A stretch of 64,000 nt of DNA from the human T2T-CHM13v2.0 reference genome, Homo sapiens, in assembly GCF_009914755.1 (NCBI RefSeq), contig NC_060925.1, one strand, 5' to 3'. Positions 28,340-41,045 of this stretch are shown here, in pieces. The notes under the pieces are model-generated. The model saw only the letters and a list, made by a program, of their open reading frames with translations. It was not told where the DNA came from and did no database searches. Made by a program: the position numbers and the translations under genes. Every line of letters begins with the position of its first letter. Position 1 is the stretch's first letter.

Positions 28340-28820
28340 GTCCATAGCAGCATTATTCATAACAACCGAAAAGTGGAAATGACCCAAATGTCCCTTAACT
28401 GATGAATAAATAAGTGGTATATCCACACAAATGGAATATTATTTGGCAATAAAAATATATGAAGTTCTGATATATGCTAGAACATGGATGAACTTTGAAA
28501 ACATTATGCTAAATAAAAGTCAGACACAAAAGGTCATATATTGTATAATTCTATTCATACGAAATGCCCAAAATAGGCAAATTCATAGAGATGGAAAGTA
28601 GAATAATGGCTTCCTAGGGTTATGGGTACAGTGAGATGGGGGAGACAGATAAGGGGCACAGGTTTTATTTGGGGGGTAATAAAAATGTTCTAAAATTGAT
28701 TGCTGTAATGGATGTACAACTCTGTGAAGATACTAAAAACCACTGAATTATACACTTTAAATCGGTGAATTGTATGATGTTGAATTATATCTCAAAAAAG
28801 CTTTTTTTTAAAAAAAAAGA
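28340..28820 (+). mobile_element. L1MB-type 3' end
   Basis: catagcagcattattcataac..aaagtggaaatgacccaaatgtcc...gaattatatctcaa plus A tail. Confidence 0.85.
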
Positions 28821-29059
28821 AACTGAATGAGTTCAGGTGAGCTTTGGACAGCTGCAAGCATCATTCAATAGACTACAAGAAAGAATTCAGAAAACACTAA
28901 AAGAAACTCTATTTTTCTTGAAATTTGACCTAGAGCCCTGCTGATAAGTCACACACCCAAGTGTCTCTTAAATCAACTCCAACATCATCTTGGGCCTTTC
29001 TGCCCAAGGTTGCTAATGCCTCCCCAGCAGAAACACACACTGACCAAGCCAACCTAGAG

Positions 29060-29310
29060 TTTTCGGAGCACAGTGATTAGGGTTCAGTCTCTAGATCCAG
29101 GCAGAAATAGTTGATATTCTCACTCTGCTGCAGGTTGTGTGTCCGTGTGACTTCAGGCAAGTCACCTTATGGCCCTTAGTCTCAATATTCAATGGAAATA
29201 ATACAAGTACCTGTCTTACAGTATCGTTGTAAGAATTAAATGATATAAAAAAGGCAAAGCACTTATTGTAGAAGGTGGCATTTAGTGACTGCTTAGTTAT
29301 TATCATTATA
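29060..29310 (+). mobile_element. MIR
   Basis: gtgtgacttcaggcaagtcacctt..tcgttgtaagaattaaatga. Confidence 0.7.
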
Positions 29311-30086
29311 AAATGTTAGGAATATAAAGAGGGATGGCCAGAGATTCCAATATATTTTATGGTACATACTCCAGCACTCCCCATGTATGCCCTTCCAGAG
29401 GAGTCAAATTGGGAAGAAAGAAGGGGAGTGCATTCAAGAGAAGTATGTTTCCTCACTTTCCTCTCTCCATTTGGCACTTACCCTGTGACAAATATTCCTG
29501 TCTTTGGGTGAAAGCTGTTCTTGCTATCAAGAAGAAATTATAATGTTGTAGGAGCAGCTGCATTTCCACCCAAATACCAGACCCAATGCAGAACTGCTGT
29601 GTCATTACCCTTTTGTGAAATGAATCCCACCGGATGCCATCAAATGGCCTTTGTAAACCTATAGAAAAAATTCTCTAAAAACCTATCTTATGAGTTTGGC
29701 ATTAACAGTTAAACAAGCAGTTACTTTCAGATGACTAGAACATTTTCTGAACTTGCAGACCTCATGTACTAGCAGGCAGACAGATATCTAGATACATTTG
29801 AAACCTCAGTTTATTAAGGGATATAATAAAAGTAGATAAAATGTGCTGTGGAGACATATATGAGAGAATGATTTGTTCTGTTAGTAAAGGGAGGCTTCAG
29901 ACAGCACATATCCTTTCATCAGGCCTTGGAAGAATGAAAAGATGTTCTAAAGCTAGGGAGAAAAAAAGAACCTGAGTAGCGTCACAGATGTATTTCATAT
30001 CAGGGAGTGGTTAGTAAACTGGGGAGAGTATGGGGGTGCAGGTAGCTGAGCACAGGCTACAAAAGGCTTTGACTGCCAGGCCAAAA

Positions 30087-30300
<214 letters not shown>

Positions 30301-30529
30301 GGTTTGCACTTCATTTTGTAATTAAAGGGAAAAGCCAACAATCTTGTGACAAAGACTACTTGTACTCCCCCCAATATCATTTTTTGTTCTTCTTCCCTGG
30401 TAAGAAAATCCCTAGCTAAGCACATTACCAGGCAGAATGAAGATTCTATTCCAGTCTCCCTCGGACAAATGAAAAGTTGACAGCAGAGGCAGTACAGACC
30501 CCTGGGGGAGGATGATACTCCATATGCTA

Positions 30530-31340
30530 GAACACATGGTTATCCATCTCCCTTCTAGCAAAGGCCAATCTCTCCACCTCCACTGGGAGATGCACTCCTC
30601 TCATCTTCTTAGTTATCCCTTATTTCTCTTACAAAATCAATTGTTTGCCTTTCATGGGATCATTGCTATATATTTACAAGCGTCTTCCAATATCTGCACT
30701 CATTGAAAATAAGAACGTTTACATACCCACTTCTAGTACTGCCCCAATCCCTGCTCCCATAAATAGCCAGATTTCTTGAGTTTTAAATACGTGTTTACTC
30801 CACTACCTCATTTTCCATTCTCCCTTTAGCCTATTACTATCTTCCGAACTCACTATGTCACTAAAACTAAATAAAGAAAGAAATCACCAAAGACTTCCAT
30901 GTCACCAATACGCTTTTCTACGTTTCTGCTCTCTTCTCATTGGACACAGTTGTCTCACTTGATCCCTGCTGTCAAACCTTCTCATTTTGCACAGTTTTCT
31001 GGCTTTCCTCCTACCTTTCTGGCTGCTCCTACTGTCTCCTTCTCCTTTGCCTGAACTCTTAGTGTTGGAGTTCCTCAGAGCTGAGTCCTGGACACTTTCG
31101 TCTTTCTCTACACAGTCTCCCCCAAAATGATCACAACTACTTCCTTGGCTTTAAATACTTTCCATAAACGATGGCAACTCCAAGACTGATATCTCCGGCG
31201 CAACTCCCTTCTCTGAGCTTCTCTCCAGTGTATCCACCTCCACCTGAATGTCTCAGGTATTTCAAACTTATCATGTCCAAAACTATACCTTCAATTTATA
31301 AGCAAAACAAAACAAAACCATGCCTGTCCTCCAATCTATC
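30530..31340 (+). mobile_element. L2 fragment
   Basis: Pyrimidine-rich L2 motifs (ttttctggctttcctcctacctttctggctgctcc; caaacttatcatgtccaaaac). Confidence 0.6.
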
Positions 31341-31362
31341 ATTCTCCTTCACTGAAGATAAA

Positions 31363-31720
31363 ATGCTAGATATTAAGCCTCCCTTCAAGAAAACTTGCTT
31401 TGAAGGTGTGATTGACTGACAGCCTCCATGAACCCACCTTCAGATCTATCCAGGTGTTCACTCATGAGGCTAGGGGAGGCAATGCTTCCCCTGGCTGCTC
31501 CTGGGATGACTAAATGCAATAGGAGAACTAGAGCCAAGTGGTTTCATCATGGGACTTCTCTAATGGGCAACCTTGGTTCAGGAACTCCCCATAAGCCTAT
31601 CCAAAACTTTCTCAAAACTGCAGAGGTCTAAAGCTCTTCCTACACAATTCTTCCTTTCTCCCCCTTCTCTTTTCACAGGTAGCAGACCTGCATTACAGTC
31701 TAACATCTCCCCACCTATCC
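31363..31720 (+). mobile_element. LTR16-like (ERVL) LTR
   Basis: attgactgacagcctcc..atgcttcccctggctgctcc..tcttcctttctcccccttctcttttcacagg..cagacctgcatt. Confidence 0.5.
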
Positions 31721-32639
31721 ATGCTATGCTTCCATAAATATTGGTGAATAAATGAATCCAAAATGAACAAAGCGCCTCATTCAAACACTCCTGTAAATCA
31801 GCATCACTTTTAAAAGGGCTTTTACAATTTTTCTGTTGTGGAGCTGTATTTTATATTTAATTCTGTGGAGGAGAAGGACAGGGTGGCCTCCAGGGCAAGA
31901 CCCCAATGGACATCTTCTGAAGCATCACAGGAGCGGGCATGAGGACAGCAACTGCCTACTATCTCAACATCTAGTGGAAATGGATTGGATTCGAGGGTAC
32001 AAAAATTATCACTCTTGCAAGGTTCACTCCAGAATCTAACTACACATGGAACTGGTTAAAATGAATAAAGAAGGAATGTACAGTAAATTGATTTAACAGT
32101 GAAGACATGGGGTAGGGTATGTTTTCTGAGGAGGCTGATGGCTCTTCCATAGGTGGGAATTACCTAAATTAATTCTCTTTTCTCACAGCTAACCTCTGCA
32201 AAGGGCTGAGATGACTTCTTTGGTAACTTCTTTGAGTGGGAAGCCATCAATAAGACATAAGTACATAAGTACATGGAATTACTGAAAGCAAAACAGCTTT
32301 TCATTAGGAAGAAAATTCTATTATATCTGAAATAGCTATGTACACAACTAAAGCCTGGCTATTAAAGTCATGAGTCTCTTTTTTGTAAAGTAACACCAAT
32401 TACCTGGAGGCAACTTCCCCTAGTTGTGAGATATTTACTGTGATTCTTAAAAGGAAAGAAACTCTTCCCTATGCCCAATTTGCAAGCTTATTAAATGTTT
32501 ACATGGCAAGAGAAAAAAAGGTTTGCCTAATTTAGAAGGAGCAAATAAAAACCAAATAAGTACTATATTTAGCTGAACTTCATAGGTCCATAACTAAGAA
32601 AAAGGGAATCTAATTCAGAAGGAACCCTGAGTTTTTAGC

Positions 32640-32940
32640 TTGAGACAATTCAAATGTTATCTCCTCAAAGGCCTTCCTTGATTTCTCAGTCTAAATTAAC
32701 TACACATCTCACTACCACCGCCACCCCTAACCGGTAACTCTATTCAAAGTCCTGCTTTGTTTTCTTCATAGCACTTACCATGATCTAAGACTCTGTTTGC
32801 TTCTCTCGCGTCTTCCACCACTGAAGGCTAAAACCCAAGAGGGCAGAGACAGCTTCCATGTTACTCAATTCCATCACCGACTCCTTATACAGTAACTGGT
32901 TCACGGTAAATACACAATAAATATTTGTTGAATGAATGAA
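32640..32940 (+). mobile_element. L2 3' end
   Basis: tcaaatgttatctcctcaaaggccttccttga...aataaatatttgttgaatgaatgaa. Confidence 0.8.
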
Positions 32941-33226
32941 ATCAACCATGCCACAACAATCATGGCTTCAAGGTGTGCATCACTGAAAACTTTCACATTG
33001 CCAACAGAGTTTCAGATCTCAAGAGACTTCCAATTATCATTTGATTCCCAGCAACATGTTTGAACCCAAAATTATATTTGTCATTCCAAGCGACTTATCC
33101 TTTCCAACTAACCACATAGGCACCAACTCATGACCAGTGGACACACACATGGTATGTAGAACGTAATTCCCACAGTAGGCCTACTTATTTCAAGCTAGTT
33201 CCTTAAGGAAAGGATCACTGCTTTTC

Positions 33227-33692
33227 TTTTTTATTTTTTTAAGTGAAAGCAAGTTTATTAGAGAAGCAAAGAAACAAAAGAATAGGCAAAAGCAGCAGTG
33301 TGGGCTACTCAACTAATTATACTTGTAGTTATTTCTTGAATACATGCTAAACAAGAAGTGGATTATTCATGAGCTTTCTAGGAAAGGGGTGGGCAATTCC
33401 CATAACTGAGGGTTCCTCCCTCTTTTAGACCATATAGTGTAACTTCCCTACATTGCCGTGATTTGTAAACTGTCCTGGTGCTGGTGAGAGTGTCTTTTAG
33501 CATTCTAATGTATTATAATCAGCATATAATGAGCAGTGAAGACAAGCAAAGGTCACTTTCACAGCCATCTTGGTTTTGGTGGGTTTTGGCCTGCCTCTTT
33601 ACTGCAACTTGTTTTATCAGCAAGGTCTTTGCTACCTGTATCTTGTGCTGACTTCCTATCTCATCCTGTGACTAAGAATGCCTAACGTACTG
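33227..33692 (-). mobile_element. MER41B-like ERV1 LTR, truncated, polyadenylated, with 15-bp TSD
   Basis: Reverse complement of MER41 motifs GGCATTCT.AGTCACAGGATGAGATAGGA, AAAGACCTTGCTGATAAAACA, CCCACCAAAACCAAGATGG, TATATGGTCTAAAA, AATAAACTTGCTTTCACTT. TSD ggatcact(g/t)cttttc at 33212-33226 and 33693-33707. Confidence 0.85.
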
Positions 33693-36622
33693 GGATCACT
33701 TCTTTTCATATATGAGTTGACCACTCAGTAAAGCATGAATGCATAGGCTCACATTCCATTTAGACTATGGAAAGTGTTTTCTCCACTAAATATACTATTC
33801 AGTTTGACCTAGACACTTTGAGAGGTGGTAGATTAACAAATAGATTCAGTTAGTTGTGTTTTCCCTTAGAAGGACAATTCTGTGGTTAAAGGGAGGGAAG
33901 GAATATGAGAAGGGGCAAGATGGGCTTCATTCAGGTAGTGAGGATACAGGATATAATCACGACCTCTGTGTACTTTTGGATGAAAGGGAAGAAATTAAAC
34001 TGGCCATGATATGGAATTAATTATGCATGCCACTTGAGTCAGAATGTTAGCTACAAGTACTAAATCTGTTAGAACTCCTTGATTTGGTGAAAAGAACTAA
34101 AAGCTATTGTCAGTAATAGGAATAAAAGCTGCAGCAATATTGCTGTATGAAGCAAGGGCTCTCAACTCTTATTCTAATACTTTAACAATGCGACTTTAGA
34201 AAAAATACAGCTTGTCTTCAAATTGTAATCTTTTTCTATAGAGTGTTTAATTTGCATCTTGGTAGTGGAATGGCCGTTGTGCCCTGAAAGATCTTCCCCA
34301 GGCCACACCAGTCCTAGAGAGCCAGGGAGACCACGAAAGACATAGCAACAGTTGCAATTATCTTTGACTCTTGAGCTCCTAGCCTGTGAGTGCGTGCCAC
34401 TCCTAAAAGTCCAAGTCCTTTTCATTCATCCCAGGGGGCTCCCATGCTCTCCTAGTTCTTTGTTGGAATTTTCTGCCCCATCCTCTGATAAGCTGTACTC
34501 TAGCAACTGCTACTTCAATCATGCTGGTCCTCTCTTTCTGGACTTCTCTCTTCTCTCTACTTACTCATGCTCAGAGCTCACCAATTTGGAGCTAGGACCT
34601 CTCCTCCCTAGTCTTTAGAGTTAATCTTATTAGGCCCCAAATGGCATAATTCTCCATTAGTTTTTATACCCCTTCCTACTGAGAGGACCTGAGGTCAGCT
34701 TCCTTCAGATTGAAATCAGAGACATTTATGTCATACACACAAAAGTATCTCTCCCCCAAAAATAATCAGCATCCTAAACTGAAATATGTGTCTTTTCAAT
34801 AGTCTCCTATATCAAGGTGAGTTTTCTTACTACTCAGTGTGCTTCTAGAAGTTCCTGGAGCCCCAGAATCAAAGGATCAGTTCTATAGTTGTCTCCCCAT
34901 TTCTCCTAGAAGCCCGCATGCAAATACCCTGATCTCACAGCATTCCCAAAATGTGTGAAGATTAGGCTTCCTCCTACCCAACACCCTACCATCCTTTTCT
35001 TGTTAAGGTGAAACTCTAATGTAGCCTGAACTTGGTGCCTTTGAAGCTAATGGAGGTGAAAAATTATAAAGCTCAAATTCGCAGCCCAAAGCTACTTTTT
35101 TATTGCAGAATCTGACATGAAGTAGAGAAACATCCTACTGGTGAAAAAAAAAAGAAATAAACTAAAGTCAGTGGTTTGGTCTTCAGTAAATACAAAAGAA
35201 AAAAAACTGACCATGAATCAGCTAACATTTAGGACTTCTCTGTAGGAGTTGAATATTTCTCCCCAAATAGAGAGGTCAGTAGGCTGCCATGTAACATCTA
35301 TTCTATCAGCTGGAACATTTTGCTCTTTAGTAGAATAAAGCTTGTAAATAAACCTAAGCTCTGAGTTGTTTCCTAAGGGGAAGATCATGCAGCCTGCTTT
35401 GGTGGAATGTCAAGACGTAAGGGGAAAAAAGAGATCATCAATAAACAAATGCACAGAACTGAATTGTTACATTCTTTTTTGTGGACAAACCCGTCTTTAT
35501 TTTGAGCCGTATGTTAGGGAGTCACTGCTTCTCCTTTTCATAATTAACTTGGCACTTGGAGGCTACCATTTGTAATGGCATGTAAGAACCTTTCTGTACA
35601 TTTCCCCTGCTGTGTAGCCATGGGGTATCATTTGTTTACATTCCATTTGTCATATGTACATTTGTGCTTAGTAGATCCTAGGATGGGGGAGAAGACCCAG
35701 TAGTCATACAAAGCTCAGGACAAAACTGAGGGGTGTTTACCTTGCTCACTTAGAAGTGAGCTTACTGCCTTCAATAGCTCTGGGAAACATAATAATGTAC
35801 TTACTCCATTAGGCCCCAAAAAATGCATTTCCTTGCTTCCTCACACAAACAGATTTGGTAAATTCAAAGAAAGGAAAATTGATCTGCCCCACACCCTAAA
35901 AGGTTGTGATTTTTATTTCATTCATATTCATTTCCAAAAGAGCTATATAAATAAAGGGTGGGGATAAGACTATAGCTTGATAAAAATCAAATGTCAAACG
36001 GACAAACCATAGTATGTTAATAAAGCCTTGGACAAAATTAACACGAGATATTCATCTGGTTTGACCTTTGTTTCTCAACTGAATTACTGTTATTATTCTA
36101 TTCAGGGACTCCCTTTAGAAGGCTGGTTACTATTGCAATACCAAAATAGCTTAGGATTTCATATTTAAGAATTCCAAGGCCTGTGAGGAAGAGTAGACTG
36201 CTCTTTGGAATTTCACTCAGAAAGAAATTTACACTTAAATTGCTTTTAAATGTTTTCTCTGAAGTATTTTTTATGTTATGAGGTTGAAATTAAATACATA
36301 CAAAGGAATATTTTTGTTGCTGAGTTTTTTTTTTTTAAGTGGCTGATGGCCAACTAATGTGGGTACAAAGTGGCAGCTCCCTATGTCACTATCTGGGCTA
36401 TGCTCTAGGCCTTCAAATTTCACAGGAAGTAAGGACTCTAATTAACCTCCAGCTCTAAAGGAGTTCCTACAGACCTGTTTGTGGCAACTATATTTCTTGG
36501 AACTTAATATTCTTTTAAATCTCACCCTGCCCACACCACTGCTTCACTGCATAATGTAATTCTTTCAGTCTTTACCCTGGGCACCCATTAAGCAATCTAA
36601 CTCCTACAGTTAGAATCTCACC

Positions 36623-36728
36623 AAAAGGAAGAGGAGAAGAGGGAGAAGAGAAGGGAGGGGAGGGAAGAGGAGAGGAAGGAAAGAAAGGAGAGGGGAAGAA
36701 AAGAAAGAGGAGGGGAGGGGAAGGAAGG
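36623..36728. repeat. Pure polypurine (GA-rich) tract
   Basis: About 106 nt of only A/G on the + strand. Confidence 0.9.
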
Positions 36729-37564
36729 CTATAAACCCAAAAGAATTTCACTTTGCATGACAGATCTAATGATGAAATAACAAAGATATTTTATTTTTTA
36801 CACTATGCAAGAGTAAAACTCCTAGATGGAAAATGTGTGGTTTTATTTTTTAGTTTTCGCTTTCAAAGCCTATCTAAGGCATGCAATAAACCCTGGCCCC
36901 TACAAAGTATTCATCTCTCCAAAGAGAGGCCATTAAAAATTTTGGAAGTAAACTTTCAGTTGGCATCTTTCAAAATACTTATTTCCAAAAATCTTCAAGC
37001 TAGAATTACAATTGTCTGGAACCCAATCTGTTGGTAAATGAAACCTCAGAGCCTTCACTCTTAATAGTGAAATGGACTGAAAGGCAGACACACTGACAGC
37101 TGGCTCATTTCTTGCTTTGCCATGTAAATCCACTTTAACATAACTGGCTTGCACCCTAGCCTTCAGAGTGATGGCTCTGCCTAGAAACCAATCTAATTGG
37201 ATAATCTTATACGATATTTCCATAATGACAAAGAATCAGACCTCAGACCGAGCCCTCCAAGATTTCCATAGGGAATCTAATGGGAAGACAAGGAGTGTTA
37301 TTATTTAATGAATTGGCTCCTTGCCCAAATCAGTCAGTCCATCTATGCCTCAGTTTTCTCATACTGGAAATGAAGATATCTGGTAGCTTCTTGGTTCGTG
37401 GGGAAGAATGAGACTCTGGTCTTTCTCCCAAACAAGTCAATTGCAGTATTAGGTTATATATGTTAAAAGAGGCATTCAGCAAATGTAAAAGCACTGAAAG
37501 AAATAATAATATGCCTGCAAGATTTAATATACATTTCTAAGAACTGGACTTGTACAATAAGGTA

Positions 37565-37800
37565 AATAGTAATAGTAAAGTTGCCATTTATTAAGCATTT
37601 ATTGTAGCCTATTACCATCTTTACCTAAATACTAATTTAATCTTGATGAAAAAAATTTTTGACATATTTCTTATTCCCATCATTGTACACCTGAAAAAAT
37701 GCACTCTCTCAGATATTAAGTGATTTTCTTGAGTTCACTCATCTACTAAATGGAAAGGTTGGAAAATAAGCCAGTACCTCTGATTCCAAAACCATCTACA
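37565..37800 (-). mobile_element. MIR
   Basis: ccatttattaagcatttattgt..attaagtgattttcttgagttcac..tctgattccaaaacc. Confidence 0.6.
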
Positions 37801-40194
37801 TTCATTAACTATCTAATGGAAGAGAAACAAGATTTTGATGTACATGAATTAGCTAAGGATCATTAATAGACACAAACATATTTATAATATATATGTGTAT
37901 ATATGTATACACATAGAGTCTTTGAATATCACATACCTTACATAATAACCTGGGGATGTATAAGCCTGTTCATGGACAATTTGGTAAGATGTCATTCCAT
38001 TACCTACTAAAAATTCTGCACCTAGAAAAATTATTCAGTTTATCTATAATGATCTAGAAATTCAGGGGCTGTGACTGTGCCGTGTCCCCCTTACTTCCCT
38101 ATACCTCCTATCCCGGAATCATTCTCTTGGTTAATTAACTCTTACTTGTCCAAATCTGAAAGACTCAAGCGCTCAGGTCAACTGCTATCTCTGCTAGGAT
38201 GACTTCTCTGAACTCTGGCCTTCCTTGTCCTGATTCTGACTTTGGTGAACTTTTCACTTTTAATGCAGTATTAACTTGTCTTCTGTGTACCTCTTATCTT
38301 CTCCACTAAAAAAGTTCATTGTCTTATTTATCTTTATTTCTGCACATAGCATGATGTCAGTTACAGAGTCAACAGATATTTAATCACTACGTGATGTATG
38401 GATAGATGAATGACTACGTGATCAGAACTCAAAGTACTGGGTTTCCACTTAGCGGTGACATCCTTTTACAATTCCATATTCAGTTTCCAAATTGTATTCC
38501 TATGACGGCCAAATTGTTCTTCAAGACTTTATGGGGGAATGTAAGTATTTTATATACACATATTAGGTCCATATCTACATTTGGGAGTCTAGTAGAGCTA
38601 CAGAATCAATGACTTCTTTATAGGCAAGGCAGCTTCTCAACGATCAGTTTTAATTTCTCTATTTGCATTTATGAGATCAATATAAATTTGAGGGTATTTA
38701 TTTTGCTATACCAACAAAAATTGAGATTCAAACTTAAGGAGAAAAAGGGAATGCAACAAGTTCAGTTGATAGAAGAAACCCCACTTAGTATTTCTTTGTG
38801 CAAATCTAGGGCAGAAACTACCCAAATGCTAAAACTTACAATCAGTTACTCTTTAAACTAAAATCACAAACTTTGAGAGAAAAGGAGAAATAACCCTCAA
38901 AACAACAATCAAAAAAAGCCCACATTTTTAAAGCTCATAAAACAGCTGAGCACACACAGAAGCAACCTGGATAATTTAAACATCCAGTTTAGTATGCACT
39001 ACCACATATTATTAACGTATTCAAAATGCTTTTGATTTCAGGAACACTTTTTGGTCCAAATATTTTAAATATTATGTTGAATTGACTGGCTAAAAATGAA
39101 AGTGTCAAGTAAAGGTATCACAGTGGAACAGCATTTTTAAATACACCCAAATCCGAAAACAATGCTGAGGGAAGGGCGGCTTCCTTACACTACTAACAAA
39201 GGAAGGAAAGTGAATAAGGCAAATGGTCCACACTGAATGCTCTTACTCATAACAAATACATCTAAAGTTCAACCTAGATGGTCTTTTTCATCCTCCTGTA
39301 TGGTACACACTGTACAAGGGTATAAAAGCACCACAAGGTGTGGACGTGTAAGTGGGAAATTGATAGAGAAAAATGCACTGTGCTGAGGTACCCTATAGCA
39401 CTTGATCTTTGTGGAATGATAATTACAGACTGTTTAGCCTCCTGCTTTTTCTCCAGTTTAAAGCTATGCTAATACTTTCTATGATGCTGATTATTTTCAT
39501 GTCCATTTGTAAACTGAGGCAGAGGAAACTAAGATGTAAGATCTCAAATATGTTAAATATTGGTTTCTCATGTTACATGGACATGAGAAGGGAAATAAAT
39601 TATAGAACATTTTCAATTTGTTTGATGGGTATTTGGGGAGACTTTGCTGTGTGCTTGGTTTGGTAATAGGTTATTTTTTATCTGTGGTTATTTTTGATAG
39701 GATATTAGATAACTTAGGCTGTGTTCAGAAAACAGCTGCACCTTTTATCTCTAAAAAGTCAATTGGTTTAGTTAAATATCCTTTTCCACTAAATGGAGCA
39801 GTTGTTTGACCTCTAGGAGACTTAGCTGGAAAGCACTGCATAGCTGTTTAAAGAGACAGCAGCATGCTTAACCACACACACTATTTGATTACATGCAAGT
39901 AGAATTTTTTTTGTAGTGGTCTATCTCTGGAATACTTTGCTTACAAAAAATTATAGTCTAAGCTTCAAGCAAATTTCAAAGAAAAAGTGATTGTGGACTC
40001 TGTTTGCTTACAAAATGTTATATTCTAATCTTTAAGCAAATGTCAAAAAGTGGTTGTAAACTGTTTCCAGTCTTAAAAATCAATTCCACAAATCATCGAA
40101 ATGATTGAATTTGTGAATCATGCATAATATTGTATTCTACGTCTGGTTAAACCTTGTGCTGTGGTGTCTCATTGCAACTAAGGAAAAAATAGAG

Positions 40195-40380
40195 GTAGGA
40201 TAGTATGGTGAATAAAGATGGAACCTTTTGTCCAGACAGTTCTAGATTTAAATCCTGGTTTTACTGCTTATTAGATATATCACCCATTGGTAGATTAGTT
40301 AATCTTTTTGAATGTCAGTTTCCCCAATCCATTAAGTAGGCCTATAAGGCATTTGACACATATTGTGCAATCAAATGGAT
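40195..40380 (+). mobile_element. MIR
   Basis: tagtatggtgaataaagatgg..ccagacagttctagatttaaatcctgg..tcagtttccc. Confidence 0.65.
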
Positions 40381-40389
40381 CACAATGAT

Positions 40390-41045
40390 TACCATTCAAC
40401 AATTATCTGTTGTGTCCACTATGTACCAGTCTGCTCTAAGTACTTAGACTACAGATAAAAAATAGACCTTCTCTGCATGGAGTTTGCATTCTAGTGAAAG
40501 AAGACAGGCAATAAACCCCCCAGAAAAGTGTGTCATATAGTATTACAGAACATGACAAAGGTAAAAAAAAAAAAATAGAGCGAGATGAGGAGGATTCGTA
40601 GTTTCAGAAAGAGGGATTTGTGGTTTTGTATAGTGTAGTCAAGGTAGCCTCATTGAGAAGGTAGCATCTCGGCAAAGACCTAAGAAGGTGAGAGAATGAG
40701 GCATACAGATTTCTAAGGTAAGGGAGTTCCAGCACAGAAGAGAAGTCTAGGCTGGAGATATAAATAAATGCATGAATCTTAGCATCTAAATGGCATTAAA
40801 ATGAGAGTAAATGAGATCTTGAGAGTGACTGGAAAGGAATAGAAAAGAAAAGATCACCAACAACTGCAGCTTTAGTGCACTGCAATTTTAAGACATTGAG
40901 AAAAGGAGAAAGAACCAGCAAAGAAGGCTGAGAGGGAGAGACTAATGACATGGAAATAAAATCAAGAGAGGTGTCCTGGAAGCCAAGTGAAGAGAGAAGG
41001 AGAGATTAACTCTGCCCAGTGTCATGGAGAGTTCAAGTAAGATAA
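40390..41045 (-). mobile_element. L2
   Basis: cattcaacaattatctgttgtgtccactatgtaccag..ggagtttgcattctagtg..gaaccagcaaagaaggctgag..ggaagccaagtgaaga. Confidence 0.75.
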
